Below the pieces are notes generated by a model. The model ran no database searches. It saw only the letters and a program-made list of their open reading frames with translations, and was not told where the DNA came from. Position numbers and translations under genes: made by a program. 64,000 nucleotides of DNA. It comes from Macrostomum lignano. Lineage: Eukaryota. Shown one piece after another: positions 62,130 to 64,000 of this stretch (the stretch's first letter is position 1; each line of letters opens with the position of its first letter). The stretch spans positions 62,001 through 126,000 of the forward strand of contig NIVC01001838.1 in NCBI GenBank assembly GCA_002269645.1, read 5' to 3'.

Positions 62130-63260
62130 CGTCTCCCATCTTTTCTCTCTCCCGATCATCTCTGCCCTCTCCTCAGCGGTGTCGGAACCAAAGTAAAAAG
62201 GCTAAACTAAAATAGGGGTCGGCAAACCCCCAGGTTGGCCACATGTGGCCCACAAGCCCGTGGGTTCTTTGAATCTTCACAATAGCAATCCAGCCCACTC
62301 TATGTTTGTGTCTCTTCTTAGCTGTCTTCTCTCACAGCTCTCTCTTCTCATATTCTCTCTTGTCCTCTCCTCTCCTCATCTCTCTCCTCTCCTCTCATCT
62401 CTTCTCTTCATCTCCTCACCTCTTTCCTCTCATCTCCCTTTTCCTCTTCATTCTCTTCTCCCTTTCCTCCTCTCTCCTCTCCATTAATCTCCCTTCTCCT
62501 CTATTCTCTCTATTATCAGCCTCTCTCTACTCTCAGCCTCTATCCACTCTCAGCCTCTGTCTACTCTCAGCCTCTCTCTACTCAGCCTCTACTTTTAGCT
62601 TCTCTCAGCTCAGCTTCATATGCGATGCACAGGTAAAGCTATTACCTTCTCACTGATTGCTATCATTTTGTTATATTAATTTTATTTTTAGTCTTTAAAT
62701 ACTAGACTTAAGACCCCCGCACTGAATTTTCCTCCCAAACGGAGGATTGTTGTTACCTCCTAACCCCCAGTATTTCCTTGCAATTCTTTACCATGCACTG
62801 ACAAAGCATGCACTCTGCAGAGGACGCTTTTATAAGACCTAAATTTCATTTTCATTTCATTCCTCCGCTCTTCTCTCGTCTCTTCCCTCGTCTCTCTTCT
62901 CTCTCGTCTTTGTTCTCAGCTCTCCTTTCTCCTCTTTTGTCTCTGCTCTCTTATCTTTTCTCACTTCTCTTTTGCTCTCTACTTTATCTTCTCTCTGGGA
63001 TTGCAATCCCGGGATTGGCCAAATTCCGGGATCCCGGGATCGCAAAAAACGGGATCTTGCAATCCCTACTCTCCCCTCTCTCAATACTTCCCTCTTCTCT
63101 CATCTCTCCTCTCGTCTATGTAATCTCTTCTCTCCTCTCTTATCTCTCCTTTCATCTCTCTCATCTCTACAACCTTATCTTTTCTCTCTTCCCTTTACTC
63201 TCTCTTATCTCTCCTTTCTCCTCTTCTCTCCTCTATTTTCTATTCGATATCCATTCTCTC
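62130..63260. repeat. CT-rich low-complexity tracts
   Basis: Base composition. Confidence 0.85.
62997..63066. mobile_element. 70-bp mini inverted-repeat element (GGGATTGCAA…TTGCAATCCC) with internal CCGGGAT repeats
   Basis: 10-bp perfect inverted ends; no clear TSD. Confidence 0.55.
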
Positions 63261-63784
63261 CTCTTATTTTCTAACATATCAGTTACGAGCTCGTACATGT
63301 ACTTAATATCTGTACATGTACATGCATTTATAAGTTCGGCTTATTTTGACGAGATTTCAGAATTGTCAGACTTTGTATTGAAGCCTTGCGTTTCCCTAGG
63401 TATCAGTACTTGCTGAAAAATACATGTAGCTAATATCTGTGCAAATTTGCCGCAGTGCATAAACAGTACATATTTACATAAATAAATCTGAGGCTTCATG
63501 CTAAGTGCTGCATGCAAAGTCACTATAGTGAGTTATTTATTTACGAGCCAAATTGTTATCATGGTTACCAACCATAACAGTTGGCTAAAAACGTTGAAAC
63601 TGAAAAAAAAATTGCAACGAAAAATAACGATATGGCTGTTTTGAGGTGAGCTGTTTTATATAGATAGATTTCTATCTCCACGCAAGCCAGCAGTCAGTTA
63701 TTTAGACTGTATTTATGACTTCCAATCGTATCGTATCAGCACAGGCCAAAATTGAAAAAAAAGTTGCTCTAGGGTTGACTTGAG

Positions 63785-64000
63785 TGTAACGATCCGTGAG
63801 GTACCACCTAGTGTGGGAGCGGTGTGAGGACTGGTTGACCATAAATTAACTCTTTGCACATTCAAGCTTGAATTGACAGCAACCCCGCCTACCTTTTGTA
63901 TTCAACTCAAACAACAGAATACGGCTCGTGCGTGAACTCAATAGAAGTGGAAATAAAAAACTAAAAAAATTGCATCAGTTGCCACCCATTCACGATATTG
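63785..64000 (+). mobile_element. Possible start of an LTR, truncated by the window edge
   Basis: TGTAACGATCC start and AATAAA downstream; the other end is not visible. Confidence 0.25.

Overview
This is eukaryotic (animal) genomic DNA with GT-AG spliced genes and no prokaryotic systems. The GC-rich exons, AT-rich flanks, minisatellite-filled introns and tetraspanin expansion suggest a flatworm such as Macrostomum, but the organism is an inference. Genes: a minus-strand SH3-domain gene (125-3297); unresolved minus-strand exons (about 4.7-7.1 kb); four tandem 5-exon tetraspanin genes on the plus strand (13.8-44.7 kb), forming a conventional pair (TSP1/2) and a divergent pair (TSP3/4); intronless mitochondrial ribosomal protein L17; and a 4-exon Lys/Arg/Ser-rich basic repeat protein. 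Mobile DNA: two head-to-tail non-autonomous Helitron-like elements each carrying a different minisatellite, two CORE-type tRNA SINEs, a decayed RTE-like LINE, a full-length but dead Loa-like LINE (APE-RT-RNaseH, TGATG-coupled ORFs) with a nested hAT MITE and a 158-bp solo LTR, several MITEs, and a possible Crypton deletion derivative. About 20 distinct tandem-repeat arrays explain nearly all the long ORFs in the supplied track. Domain and family calls come from motif recognition by eye; no database searches were run.
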